32,000 bases of DNA. It comes from Bacillota bacterium. GTDB taxonomy: Bacteria; Bacillota; Clostridia; Lachnospirales; Lachnospiraceae. A model generated the notes under the pieces. That model saw nothing but the letters and a program-made list of their open reading frames with translations. It was not told the DNA's origin and did not search any database. Shown here piece by piece: positions 8,046 to 16,721 of this stretch (the stretch's first letter is position 1; every line of letters begins with the position of its first letter). The position numbers and the translations under genes are program-made. The stretch is from assembly GCA_023439125.1 (NCBI GenBank), contig JAEXOU010000021.1:1146-33145 (forward strand), given 5' to 3'.

Positions 8046-8192
8046 TTAATTTCTTTCGACATCCTAAAACCCCAAAATCACTTTGTTTTTTTTTCACTTT
8101 AATATATTTATAATGATTCGTTATTGAAATTCCAAGAATTAATCGTTAAAATGAAGTTAACTGGTAACTTTTTCAAGATAAGGAGAACCAAG

Positions 8193-8879
8193 ATGGCGAA
8201 GATATTAATTGTAGAAGATGAAGTGAAAATTGCACGATTTGTTGAACTCGAATTAAAATATGAAGGTTATGAAGTTGAGATAGCAAATGACGGACGATCC
8301 GGATTAGAAAAGGCTTTAAAGGATAATGTAGACTTAGTTCTGTTAGATATTATGTTGCCAGGACTTAGTGGAATTGAGGTGTGCCGTAGAATACGCTTAG
8401 AATCTAAGGTTCCAATTATTATGTTAACAGCGAAGGACGATGTAACAGATAAGGTGGCAGGATTAGATACTGGTGCTGATGATTATATGACTAAGCCATT
8501 TGCAATCGAGGAACTATTGGCAAGAATTCGTGTAGCATTAAACCGCCAAAGTAAGGATAGACAAGAAGTAAAGGCAGATATTTTACAGCATGGAGAATTA
8601 ATAATTAATTTATCAAGTCATAGCGTGACTTATGGAAGTGACGAGCTTACACTTACGAAAAAGGAATACGAGTTATTAGAGTATATGGTACGGAATAAGA
8701 ATATTGCATTGACAAGGGAACAATTATTAAACAATGTTTGGGATTATGAGTATTTTGGTGATACAAATGTTGTGGATGTATATATTCGTTACTTAAGGCA
8801 AAAAATCGATGATAAATATGGTATTCATATGATTAACACAGTACGAGGGGTGGGATATATAATTCGAGATGAAAAGTAA
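8193..8879 (+). CDS. OmpR/PhoB-family response regulator (TCS 1)
   Basis: MAKILIVEDE...DLVLLDIMLPG receiver domain plus a C-terminal wHTH (VRGVGYIIR). Start moved to ATG 8193 (AAGGAG SD); the 8124 TTG extension has no support. Confidence 0.9.
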   Translation: MAKILIVEDEVKIARFVELELKYEGYEVEIANDGRSGLEKALKDNVDLVLLDIMLPGLSGIEVCRRIRLESKVPIIMLTAKDDVTDKVAGLDTGADDYMTKPFAIEELLARIRVALNRQSKDRQEVKADILQHGELIINLSSHSVTYGSDELTLTKKEYELLEYMVRNKNIALTREQLLNNVWDYEYFGDTNVVDVYIRYLRQKIDDKYGIHMINTVRGVGYIIRDEK

Positions 8880-10308
8880 AATGGTAGAAGCAATCCGTAA
8901 GTTTCTGCAAAAAACCGTCTTACCATTAAGAAGAAAGCGCCAAGAAATTGCAGGTGGTATTCGGTTATCAATTACTCACCGTATTGCAATGAATTACCTA
9001 AAACTTCTTTTTTTAAATGGGATATTATTTTTCTTAATCTTTCCTTTTTTATATCTGAATGCACAAAAATCATTTTATACTGATTTATCAGACATAATAA
9101 TAGAAAATCTGAAAGTGAGCTCAGGGACGTTTGGTAAGGAGGTAAATCCGTATTCTGCACATGGCGTAAATATGATTTTATTTGAAACAGAGAAGGATCG
9201 AGAAATATATAATGATCTTAACTATAAAGTAACAAGTAAGGGTGGTATTTTTAAGAAGTATCACATTAATTTTTCTGATTTAGCTCATCGATTTACGGTT
9301 GAAGAGGAAAGAAAATTTATAATAGAAGAGACGGAGTATCGTGTTATCTTTTATTATAATATGACCTCTGATTTATCACGTATGGGACCTTTTATGATTA
9401 ACTTAATTTTTCTTTATCTAGTTATCACGCTCTCCATTATTAAAGAGGGCAAGAAGAATAATGTTAAATTACTTGAACCAATACAATCAATGTCTGCAAC
9501 AGTTAATCGTCTCACAGTAAATAATCTTCATAGTGAACGTTTATATGTAGAAGGTACGAAGAATGAATTAAAAGACTTGGCAGCAGTATTTAATAATATG
9601 TTAGACCGTATTGAGACATCTTATGAGAGCCAGAAGCAGTTTGTATCCAATGCTTCTCATGAGCTAAGAACCCCAATCGCAGTTATTCAAGGGTATGTTA
9701 ATATGCTAGACCGCTGGGGGTCGAAAGATCAAGCAATATTAGAAGAGTCAATCGATGCAATAAAGAATGAAGCAAAGTCGATGCAGGATTTGGTTGAAAA
9801 GTTACTATTTTTATCTCGTCATGATAAAAGAACATTAAAACTAGAAAAGAAACTATTTAATATGCGTCCTGTTGTTGAGGAAATGATTAAAGAAACAAAT
9901 CTAGTAGCAATCAATCGAGTAATTGAATGCCCATTTTTAGAGGATGTTAATGTTTATGGTGATAAGCAAGCATTAAAACAGGCAATTCGTGTTTTCATTG
10001 ATAATGCAGTAAAATATACAGTAGATGGAGATACAATTCGAATTTATTGCAAAAATATACGAGGTGATTGTGTAATTGCTGTTGAAGATACAGGAATCGG
10101 AATGACAAGAAGAGATATGGATAATATCTTTGAACGATTTTATCGGTCTCATCATGTAAGAGATCGCAAAATCGATGGTCATGGACTAGGATTATCCATT
10201 GCCAAGCTCATAATTATGGCACATACAGGACGAATCAAGGTTCGTTCACAGTACACGAAGGGAACTAGCTTCATTGTGACGATTCCAAGAATTCGTATGA
10301 ATGAGTAA
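8869..10308 (+). CDS. sensor histidine kinase (TCS 1), two TM helices with a ~110-aa extracytoplasmic loop
   Basis: H-box SHELRTPIAV, N/G boxes DNAVKYT and GHGLGLSIAK. The start overlaps the regulator stop, suggesting translational coupling. Confidence 0.9.
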   Translation: MKSKMVEAIRKFLQKTVLPLRRKRQEIAGGIRLSITHRIAMNYLKLLFLNGILFFLIFPFLYLNAQKSFYTDLSDIIIENLKVSSGTFGKEVNPYSAHGVNMILFETEKDREIYNDLNYKVTSKGGIFKKYHINFSDLAHRFTVEEERKFIIEETEYRVIFYYNMTSDLSRMGPFMINLIFLYLVITLSIIKEGKKNNVKLLEPIQSMSATVNRLTVNNLHSERLYVEGTKNELKDLAAVFNNMLDRIETSYESQKQFVSNASHELRTPIAVIQGYVNMLDRWGSKDQAILEESIDAIKNEAKSMQDLVEKLLFLSRHDKRTLKLEKKLFNMRPVVEEMIKETNLVAINRVIECPFLEDVNVYGDKQALKQAIRVFIDNAVKYTVDGDTIRIYCKNIRGDCVIAVEDTGIGMTRRDMDNIFERFYRSHHVRDRKIDGHGLGLSIAKLIIMAHTGRIKVRSQYTKGTSFIVTIPRIRMNE

Positions 10309-10322
10309 GGAAGGATAAGTGT

Positions 10323-10380
10323 AAAAAAGGAGGCTATGCAAGCTGATCTTCGGGTCAGCTTGCATAGCCTCCTTTCATTT
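10323..10380. terminator. bidirectional terminator shared by the convergent HK1 and ABC exporter genes
   Basis: About 23-bp stem AAAGGAGGCTATGCAAGCTGATC / GGTCAGCTTGCATAGCCTCCTTT capped by a TTCG tetraloop. A-run upstream and T-rich tail downstream. Confidence 0.9.
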
Positions 10381-10408
10381 TAAATACTAGGAATAGCAAA
10401 ACACTCTT

Positions 10409-12187
10409 TTAAGCAATGTTTTTGAACTGTGCCATATATAGATTATAGTAAATTCCTTTCTTGGCGATTAACTCAGCTGCAGTTCCTTCCTCCATTATAC
10501 CGCAATTATCAATTACAAAGATACGGTCTGCTTTTTGAATGGTTGACAATCGATGTGCAATAACAAATGAGGTACGCCCTTTTAACAGAGCTTCAATGCC
10601 TTGCTGTACTAATAATTCTGTTTGAGTATCAATACTAGAAGTCGCTTCGTCAAGAATTAATATTCTTGGACTAGACACCATGGTTCTTGCAAAAGCAAGT
10701 AATTGTTTTTGACCAATGGATAATCCAGCACCTCTTTCTTTTAACTCAGTATCATAACCATTTTCTAGCTTCATAATAAAATCATGTGCATTTACTGCTT
10801 TTGCAGCAGCAATAATCTCTTCATCTGTTGCGTCAAGTTTACCATATCGAATGTTGTCTTTCACGGTTCCAGTGAATAAGAAATTATCTTGAGTCATAAC
10901 ACCCATTTGCTCTCTTAAGCTTTCAATTGACACTTTGGTCAAATCAAACCCATCTACTCGAATTACTCCACTTTGAATATCATAAAAACGGCTGATTAAA
11001 TTAATGATTGTAGTTTTACCAGCGCCAGTTGGACCAACAAGGGCTATCGTTTCGCCAGGCTTAACATGGAAGCTGACGTCTTCTAAGACTTTGGTATCCT
11101 CATCATAAGAAAAGGATACATGCTGAAATAGTACATCTCCTTGAACATTAGGCAATTTAATGACTTCTTGGGCATCGGTCACATCTGGTTTTGTATCAAG
11201 AATTTCAAAAATTCTTTCTGCACCAGTGATATTCGTGATTAATTGATTATAAAAGTTACTTAAGTTTAGCAGTGGGTGCCAGAACATGGAGAGATAAACA
11301 CCAAAGGCCATTATCGTCCCGACATGAATATCTCCACTTTGAACCATCTGAACACCAAAGTAAAATAGACTAAGGGTTGCAACACCCCAGCATATATCGA
11401 CTACAGGGCCAAAGGCATCTGCATATTTTACCGCATTAATAAATGATTTGCGGTGATCCTTTAGTAGTTCATCAAATTCATCTTGTGTCTCTTTTTCGGC
11501 TGAGAAGCTCTGTACAATCTTCATTCCAGAAATATCTTCATGGATAAACGCATTCAGATTTGAACTTTTTTTTCGAAATACCTGCCACCCTTTATGTGCT
11601 CTAGTCTGTACAAAGAGCACTCCGATTATCATAACAGGTAAACTAATTAAAGCAGCACAGGCAAGCTTATAGTTTTTAATAAACATAATAACTACAACTG
11701 CACATATGGTAATAAAATCAGGGATCAGTGTAGTTACACTATTACTTAAAACATCTTTTAAAGAATTGACATCACCCATAATTCGGGCGAGAATCTTACC
11801 AGTTGGTCTTGAATCAAAGAATTTAAAGCTTAGTGTTTGAATATGCGTATATAGTTCCTGGCGAATGGTAACTAAGACATCGTTCGATAACTTTGCCATA
11901 ATATACATCCTTAGTTTAACTAGTACAATAAATAATAAATTTAAAATAATTGCTATCACACATAGATGTAACAGGCCTTTAGAATCCTTATTTTTTATAT
12001 AGACATCAATGGCGTTTTCTATAATTAATGGGTTGATAAGAGTGATGGCAACACTAAATAGCATGATAACAAGTACGATGGCAATGGATTTCTTATAAGC
12101 AAGCAAGTAACGAAACAGCCGTAACAAGGTCACTTGTTTTGAGGAATTACTAAGTTTTTCATCATCTTTTGTTGCATTTACTGCCAT
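10409..12187 (-). CDS. ABC exporter half-transporter (TMD-NBD), subunit with consensus Walker B but non-canonical signature
   Basis: Walker A GPTGAGKTT, signature LSIGQKQL (Gly to Ile), Walker B ILILDEATSSID, H-loop AHRLS, six predicted N-terminal TM helices. Confidence 0.9.
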   Translation of the reverse strand: MAVNATKDDEKLSNSSKQVTLLRLFRYLLAYKKSIAIVLVIMLFSVAITLINPLIIENAIDVYIKNKDSKGLLHLCVIAIILNLLFIVLVKLRMYIMAKLSNDVLVTIRQELYTHIQTLSFKFFDSRPTGKILARIMGDVNSLKDVLSNSVTTLIPDFITICAVVVIMFIKNYKLACAALISLPVMIIGVLFVQTRAHKGWQVFRKKSSNLNAFIHEDISGMKIVQSFSAEKETQDEFDELLKDHRKSFINAVKYADAFGPVVDICWGVATLSLFYFGVQMVQSGDIHVGTIMAFGVYLSMFWHPLLNLSNFYNQLITNITGAERIFEILDTKPDVTDAQEVIKLPNVQGDVLFQHVSFSYDEDTKVLEDVSFHVKPGETIALVGPTGAGKTTIINLISRFYDIQSGVIRVDGFDLTKVSIESLREQMGVMTQDNFLFTGTVKDNIRYGKLDATDEEIIAAAKAVNAHDFIMKLENGYDTELKERGAGLSIGQKQLLAFARTMVSSPRILILDEATSSIDTQTELLVQQGIEALLKGRTSFVIAHRLSTIQKADRIFVIDNCGIMEEGTAAELIAKKGIYYNLYMAQFKNIA

Positions 12188-12205
12188 TTTTTCACTTCCT
12201 TTCTA

Positions 12206-13951
12206 TTATTCGCAGCAGGCAGACTTTAAGTGTTCAGAATTTAAGAATTCACCATACTGAGCCATATAGGTTTTATAGTAAAGTCCTTGTTTTTTTAATA
12301 ATTCTTGATGTGTGCCACGCTCTGCAATTGAACCGTCCTCTAAAACAATAATCTCATCAGCATTACGCACAGCTGAAATTCGATGAGCGATGATAATTTT
12401 TGTTGTATTACTTAGTTGATTTAGAGATTCTTGAATCTGATGTTCGGTTTCCATGTCAAGGGCTGAAGTAGAGTCATCTAATACAACAACCGGCGCTTGT
12501 TTCGCAAATGCACGTGCAATGCTAATACGTTGCTTTTGTCCACCAGAAAGACCAACACCACGTTCACCGATAATTGTGTCGTAGCCATCTTCCATCTGAT
12601 TAATAAACTCATCCGCTAAGGATAGGGATAGAGCAGCGGTAACAGAAGAATCCTCTAATGATTGTTTCATACCCAACTTAACGTTTTCATTGATACTTTC
12701 TGAAAATAAGAATACGTCTTGCATAACAATTGCTAGGCTAGAGCGTAACTCTTTTAATGATAATTTCGAAATGTCAACTCCATCTAACTTGATACAACCA
12801 GAAGATACGTCATAGAAACGTTGTAGTAGGTTAATAATTGATGTCTTTCCAGATCCAGTGGCGCCCATAATTCCAATTGTCTTACCAGCAGGAACATGAA
12901 AGCATATATCATGTAGAATCTCTTTATTATCAAGACTAAAGCATACATGCTCAAATTCAATACTTCCTTGAACGTCTCCGATGATAAGTGGTTTTTCAAC
13001 TTCTATAATATCAGGCTTTGTTTCCATAATCTTTTTAATCTTCTTGTTAGAAGCATAAGCACTTGCAGCAGCATTAGACAACCAGCCAATCATCTCAAGT
13101 GGCCAGGTAATATTCATACTGTATTCCACAAATGCACCTAAGGTACCAAGAGTAATCTCATCAATAATCGTTAGATATCCGCCATACAGAATAATAGAGA
13201 TTGGTAATAGTCTTGTGATAATCTGAAAAACTGGCTGATACTTCACTAGTACTTTGGATTGACGCATGTTTAAATCATAATATCGTTTATTGTGTGATAA
13301 GAACTTCTTAATCTCAAACTTTTCTTTTGCAAATGCCTTAACGGTTCTTACACCAGACAGATTTTCTTGAGCGATTGTATTAAGAGTTGCATTCTCTTCA
13401 CTAATTTCTTCATAGATGCCTCCAAGTTTGCGTTCCATAACTACGGCTAATACTCCAACGATAGGCATAATAATCAATGGGATGATAAATAATTTGTTGT
13501 TTAGCTGGAACATACAATATAGTACGATAGAAGTATGTATGATTACTTCTGCAATGAGCATACTAACGTAATTGAACGCGTCCCAGATTCGATCCACATC
13601 ATCTTTAACACGAGACATAACTTCTCCGGTATTGGTTTTATCAAAAAAGCCAACCGATAAGGTTTGAATATGATGAAAAAGCCTTCTACGAATATCAAGT
13701 GCAATCTTTGAGGAAGTGCAATCGAATGTAATTTCCTTTAAATATCCAAAGATACAGCGGCCAAATCCAATTAGAAAAAGTCCCAACATTAATTTAGGTA
13801 ATAATGAATTCTTCCCATCTGTAATAACATCATCAATAATAATCTTAGTAATCTGTGGGTTTAACATATCTAAGGTTACTGTAATCACAATACATAAAAG
13901 AGCAAATACATATCGGTACCAGTATTTTTTTAAGTAATATGTTATTTTCAT
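12206..13951 (-). CDS. ABC exporter half-transporter (TMD-NBD), subunit with degenerate Walker B (Asp in place of the catalytic Glu)
   Basis: Walker A GATGSGKTS, canonical signature LSGGQKQR, Walker B VVVLDDSTSALD. Start moved to ATG 13951 (MKITYYLKKYW; AAGGAGG SD); the ORF-track extension to 14026 lacks an SD. Confidence 0.9.
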   Translation of the reverse strand: MKITYYLKKYWYRYVFALLCIVITVTLDMLNPQITKIIIDDVITDGKNSLLPKLMLGLFLIGFGRCIFGYLKEITFDCTSSKIALDIRRRLFHHIQTLSVGFFDKTNTGEVMSRVKDDVDRIWDAFNYVSMLIAEVIIHTSIVLYCMFQLNNKLFIIPLIIMPIVGVLAVVMERKLGGIYEEISEENATLNTIAQENLSGVRTVKAFAKEKFEIKKFLSHNKRYYDLNMRQSKVLVKYQPVFQIITRLLPISIILYGGYLTIIDEITLGTLGAFVEYSMNITWPLEMIGWLSNAAASAYASNKKIKKIMETKPDIIEVEKPLIIGDVQGSIEFEHVCFSLDNKEILHDICFHVPAGKTIGIMGATGSGKTSIINLLQRFYDVSSGCIKLDGVDISKLSLKELRSSLAIVMQDVFLFSESINENVKLGMKQSLEDSSVTAALSLSLADEFINQMEDGYDTIIGERGVGLSGGQKQRISIARAFAKQAPVVVLDDSTSALDMETEHQIQESLNQLSNTTKIIIAHRISAVRNADEIIVLEDGSIAERGTHQELLKKQGLYYKTYMAQYGEFLNSEHLKSACCE

Positions 13952-14091
13952 AAAATAGTTTTCCTCCTTGTCTCTGATGTTGCATATGACCAAGGTAAAT
14001 AACGTTTTGGGTTGCTGATACGACAAAAGCGTTAGACTTGCGCGCGACGCGCCAGATTAAAGGTTTTTCACAGGTAAACCTAAAAAAGACA

Positions 14092-14119
14092 ATAAAAAAG
14101 CCGCGGCAAGATACCACGG
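14092..14119 (-). terminator. intrinsic terminator/attenuator inside the ABC exporter leader
   Basis: Minus strand reads CCGUGG-UAUCUUG-CCGCGG followed by C-U7. One pair is G:U on the minus strand but C:A on the plus strand, which favours a minus-strand function. Confidence 0.6.
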
Positions 14120-14142
14120 TATTCATTCATATAATATGAGAA

Positions 14143-14214
14143 TTACATATACATACCAGAGGTCGACTTGCATAAAGTTATAAAGTTGTGTTTTGCACTA
14201 ATTTGATTGTACAT
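14143..14214 (-). CDS. 23-codon leader ORF (MYNQISAKHNFITLCKSTSGMYM) upstream of the ABC exporter pair
   Basis: AAGGAGG at 14227-14221 lies 6 nt before ATG 14214; stop TAA at 14145-14143. A consensus promoter lies about 60 nt upstream and the terminator 23 nt downstream. Below the 60-aa cutoff of the ORF track. Confidence 0.45.
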   Translation of the reverse strand: MYNQISAKHNFITLCKSTSGMYM

Positions 14215-14281
14215 AATCTTCCTCCTTCTTTTCACCCTAAATGTGCTTTTAGGTATATTATAGTGTATACGTTACTGTTGC

Positions 14282-14310
14282 ATTATATTACCATTATTTA
14301 CTTATGTCAA
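14282..14310 (-). promoter_or_regulatory. consensus sigma-A promoter (TTGACA-N17-TATAAT) for the leader ORF / ABC exporter operon
   Basis: Minus strand reads TTGACA (14310-14305), a 17-nt spacer, then TATAAT (14287-14282). Confidence 0.75.
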
Positions 14311-14473
14311 CCCCTTAATTTTATATTAATCAATGTTTATGTGTATACATAATAAAGTTGTGTATTTATAATAAGGCAAAAGAGGATAGGTTTAATGTAG
14401 AGGAGATAAAAGATTTAAATGCAGAAGAGATTATAATAGAGTATTATGCTCACTTACTTTATCGTAATGAATA

Positions 14474-14482
14474 TGGTACAAT
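14474..14482 (+). promoter_or_regulatory. extended -10 element TGgTACAAT, likely the TCS 2 promoter
   Basis: TG at 14474-14475 and TACAAT at 14477-14482, about 180 nt upstream of the regulator start. Confidence 0.45.
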
Positions 14483-14507
14483 ACTTTTAACCATGATAAG
14501 CAAAATT

Positions 14508-14579
14508 CGTGAAGCTGACTTTTCTTACCCATGACAAGTGAAGCTGTTTTTTTGATTATGACAAGTGAAGTGACTTGCC
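14508..14579 (+). repeat. three direct repeats GTGAAG(C)TGAC/TT in the TCS 2 5' region (spacing 29 and 27 nt)
   Basis: cGTGAAGCTGACTTTT at 14508-14523, aGTGAAGCTGTTTTTT at 14537-14552, aGTGAAGTGACTTGCC at 14564-14579. ATGACAAGTGAAG is exact at 14531-14543 and 14558-14570. Confidence 0.6.
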
Positions 14580-14659
14580 ACTTCATCTTGTTTAGGAAAG
14601 ACAGTTGTATTTGTGAAAGTAACGAAAATAGATTAAGAAAATAAATGGGAGGGAAAGTT

Positions 14660-15349
14660 GTGTTAGAATACGATTGTTTAATTGTAGACGATGAAGAGGC
14701 ATTATCGGAAAGCACTTGTGAATTTTTTAATATGTTTGGAGTAACTACGCATTGGGTAGCAGATGAGAAGTCGTGTTTTGAATTCCTGCAACAAAACAAG
14801 GTGGATTTGATTCTCTTAGATATTAATTTAGGAAATAATTCAGGTTTTGCGATTTGTAAAAAACTTCGAACAACTACGAATATCCCAATTTTATTTATCA
14901 GCGCTAGGACAAGCGAGGATGATGTTTTACTTGCTCTTAGTATTGGTGGAGATGACTACATTCAAAAGCCATATTCATTAAGTATCTTACTTGCAAAAGT
15001 AAAAACTGTTTTAAAACGAAGCCGACTTAATCAAGATAATCAAGAAGATGTTATTGTGTTTGGAGATTTTACGATCGATTTTTTAAAGGAAAAGCTAATG
15101 AAAAGTGAGGAAGTGGTAAAGTTAAAATCAATGGAATACAAACTCCTTGCTTACCTAATTAAGAATAAAAATAGAGAGGTTTCGAAAGAGGAATTATTTT
15201 TAAAAGTTTGGCAGGATGCAATTACAGGAGATGGTACATTAAATGTTCATATTAGAAGATTGAGAGAAAAGATTGAGGATGATCCAAATAATCCACGATA
15301 TATTCAAACCGTTTGGGGCAAGGGCTATGTGTTTGAATTAAAGGAGTAA
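14660..15349 (+). CDS. OmpR/PhoB-family response regulator (TCS 2)
   Basis: Receiver domain (CLIVDDEE...DLILLDINLG) plus wHTH (TVWGKGYVFE). GTG 14660 is preferred (GGGAGGG SD, 6-nt spacing); ATG 14645 has no SD. Confidence 0.9.
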   Translation: MLEYDCLIVDDEEALSESTCEFFNMFGVTTHWVADEKSCFEFLQQNKVDLILLDINLGNNSGFAICKKLRTTTNIPILFISARTSEDDVLLALSIGGDDYIQKPYSLSILLAKVKTVLKRSRLNQDNQEDVIVFGDFTIDFLKEKLMKSEEVVKLKSMEYKLLAYLIKNKNREVSKEELFLKVWQDAITGDGTLNVHIRRLREKIEDDPNNPRYIQTVWGKGYVFELKE

Positions 15350-15354
15350 AAAAG

Positions 15355-16617
15355 ATGAGGAGAAGATTAACAGCATACATAGTTATCATTTTTATCTTAA
15401 TTGTTAGTAGTATTCTCTACGCTTTCCAATATAAGCAGGTGGATAAATTGGATGTAGTTGCAGTAAATGATATTGTGCAAACAATAACTTTTCGCTGGGA
15501 GGACGTTTGTGAAGGGGATTTTAAAGGTCTGGATTATGATATAGATTATGTTGTCTTAGATCATCAGAATCAAATTGTTTTTACTACAAAGAGTGGATTA
15601 ACAACAGATATCAACTCGGCGATTGCAAATCGGGATACGATAATGGATATTGTACGACAGGATAGGGTAATAGGAAAGGTTATTATATATAATGAGGCCT
15701 CAGAAGTATGGATTAACTATCGCAATCAATTAGTTTCATATCTGTTAATCGTGGTTATCATTTTAGCTTGCTTTTTTATATTATATGTTTACTATTTGGA
15801 GAAAATAATTTTTCATCCTTTCAATAAGTTAAAGGAATTTGCCACTCGTGTTGCCTTAGGAGATCTTGATTTTCCATTAACTATGGATAAGAAAAACGGA
15901 TTTGGGGCATTTACTGAGAGTTTTGATTTGATGAGAGAAGAGTTAAAAAAATCAAGAGAGAGTGAGCGAGCTGCGAATCAAAGTAAGAAGGAACTAGTGG
16001 CTTCGTTAAGCCATGATATTAAAACACCCATTGCCTCGATTAAAGCCGTTGTAGAAGTGTTACAAGTAAAAACAAAGGAAGAGTACATAACAAAACAATT
16101 GAATATTATAGCGACAAAGGCAGATCAGATAAACTCTTTGATTACGAATATGTTTACCGCGACATTAGAGGAGCTACAGGAACTTAAGGTAGATGTTACA
16201 GAGCAATCAAGTGTATTACTTTACAATATAATACAAACGGCTGATTATAACAATCAGGTCACTATTTCAAATAAAGCGGAATGTATTATTCTTGTAGATG
16301 AATTAAGAATATCTCAAGTGATTGATAACATTATAGGAAACTCCTATAAATATGCAGGTACTTCGATTCATGTTTTATTCCAGATAAAAGACGAATTTTT
16401 AGAGATAACTTTTTTAGATTATGGAATGGGGGTATCAAAAGAGGAGGAGAAACTAATTTTTCATAAGTTTTATCGAGCGAGCAATGCAAGTAACAAGAGT
16501 GGTACTGGACTTGGATTATATATCTCGAAATATCTTATGGAAAAGATGTTAGGTGGCATAGAATGTGAGAAATCAACAGAAGGTTTCGCCATCAAGATTA
16601 GACTAAGGATAGCATGA
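15355..16617 (+). CDS. sensor histidine kinase (TCS 2) with a ~100-aa extracytoplasmic domain between two TM helices
   Basis: H-box LSHDIKTPIASI, N-box NIIGNSYKYA, G-box GTGLGLYISK. TM helices at roughly residues 6-24 and 126-147. Confidence 0.9.
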   Translation: MRRRLTAYIVIIFILIVSSILYAFQYKQVDKLDVVAVNDIVQTITFRWEDVCEGDFKGLDYDIDYVVLDHQNQIVFTTKSGLTTDINSAIANRDTIMDIVRQDRVIGKVIIYNEASEVWINYRNQLVSYLLIVVIILACFFILYVYYLEKIIFHPFNKLKEFATRVALGDLDFPLTMDKKNGFGAFTESFDLMREELKKSRESERAANQSKKELVASLSHDIKTPIASIKAVVEVLQVKTKEEYITKQLNIIATKADQINSLITNMFTATLEELQELKVDVTEQSSVLLYNIIQTADYNNQVTISNKAECIILVDELRISQVIDNIIGNSYKYAGTSIHVLFQIKDEFLEITFLDYGMGVSKEEEKLIFHKFYRASNASNKSGTGLGLYISKYLMEKMLGGIECEKSTEGFAIKIRLRIA

Positions 16618-16659
16618 GATTTAAGGAATTGTTAAGGTTTGATTTAAGACCGGTTAAGG
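16603..16659 (+). promoter_or_regulatory. phased TTAAGG direct repeats, candidate response-regulator binding array upstream of the MacB-type ABC operon
   Basis: TTAAGG at 16621, 16632 and 16654; TTAAGA at 16644; CTAAGG at 16603. Start-to-start spacing of the last four is 11, 12 and 10 nt. A possible core promoter TTATGA-N17-TAGAAT lies at 16669-16697. Confidence 0.5.
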
Positions 16660-16721
16660 AGTTACGTGTTATGATAGGGCCATAGATGCAGTAGAATTAT
16701 AAGAAAGAAGGAAGTATCATA

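Noticed and set aside
8124-8192. N-terminal extensions in the ORF track (8124, 586, 22229, 22238, 30724, 14645)
   Set aside because: The extensions start at TTG or GTG or at ATG codons without an SD, and they add residues not seen in the protein families. Internal ATG or GTG codons with proper SD spacing give family-typical N-termini.
13845-14126. 93-aa minus-strand ORF, and the 75-nt N-terminal extension of the ABC gene to 14026
   Set aside because: Both run through the leader hairpins and terminator and have no SD. The ABC protein has an AAGGAGG SD and a family-typical N-terminus at ATG 13951.
14143-14214. 23-aa ORF as a bacteriocin, RiPP or pheromone precursor exported by the downstream ABC pair
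   Set aside because: There is no double-glycine leader, and neither ABC subunit has an N-terminal C39 peptidase domain. No modification enzymes, immunity genes or cognate receptor are arranged around it. A leader-peptide attenuator fits the promoter-ORF-terminator layout better.
14531-14644. 37-codon ORF (MTSEAVFLIMTSEV...) created by the in-frame 27-nt repeat upstream of response regulator 2
   Set aside because: No SD precedes either ATG (14531 or 14558). The frame is more simply explained as a by-product of the nucleotide repeats.
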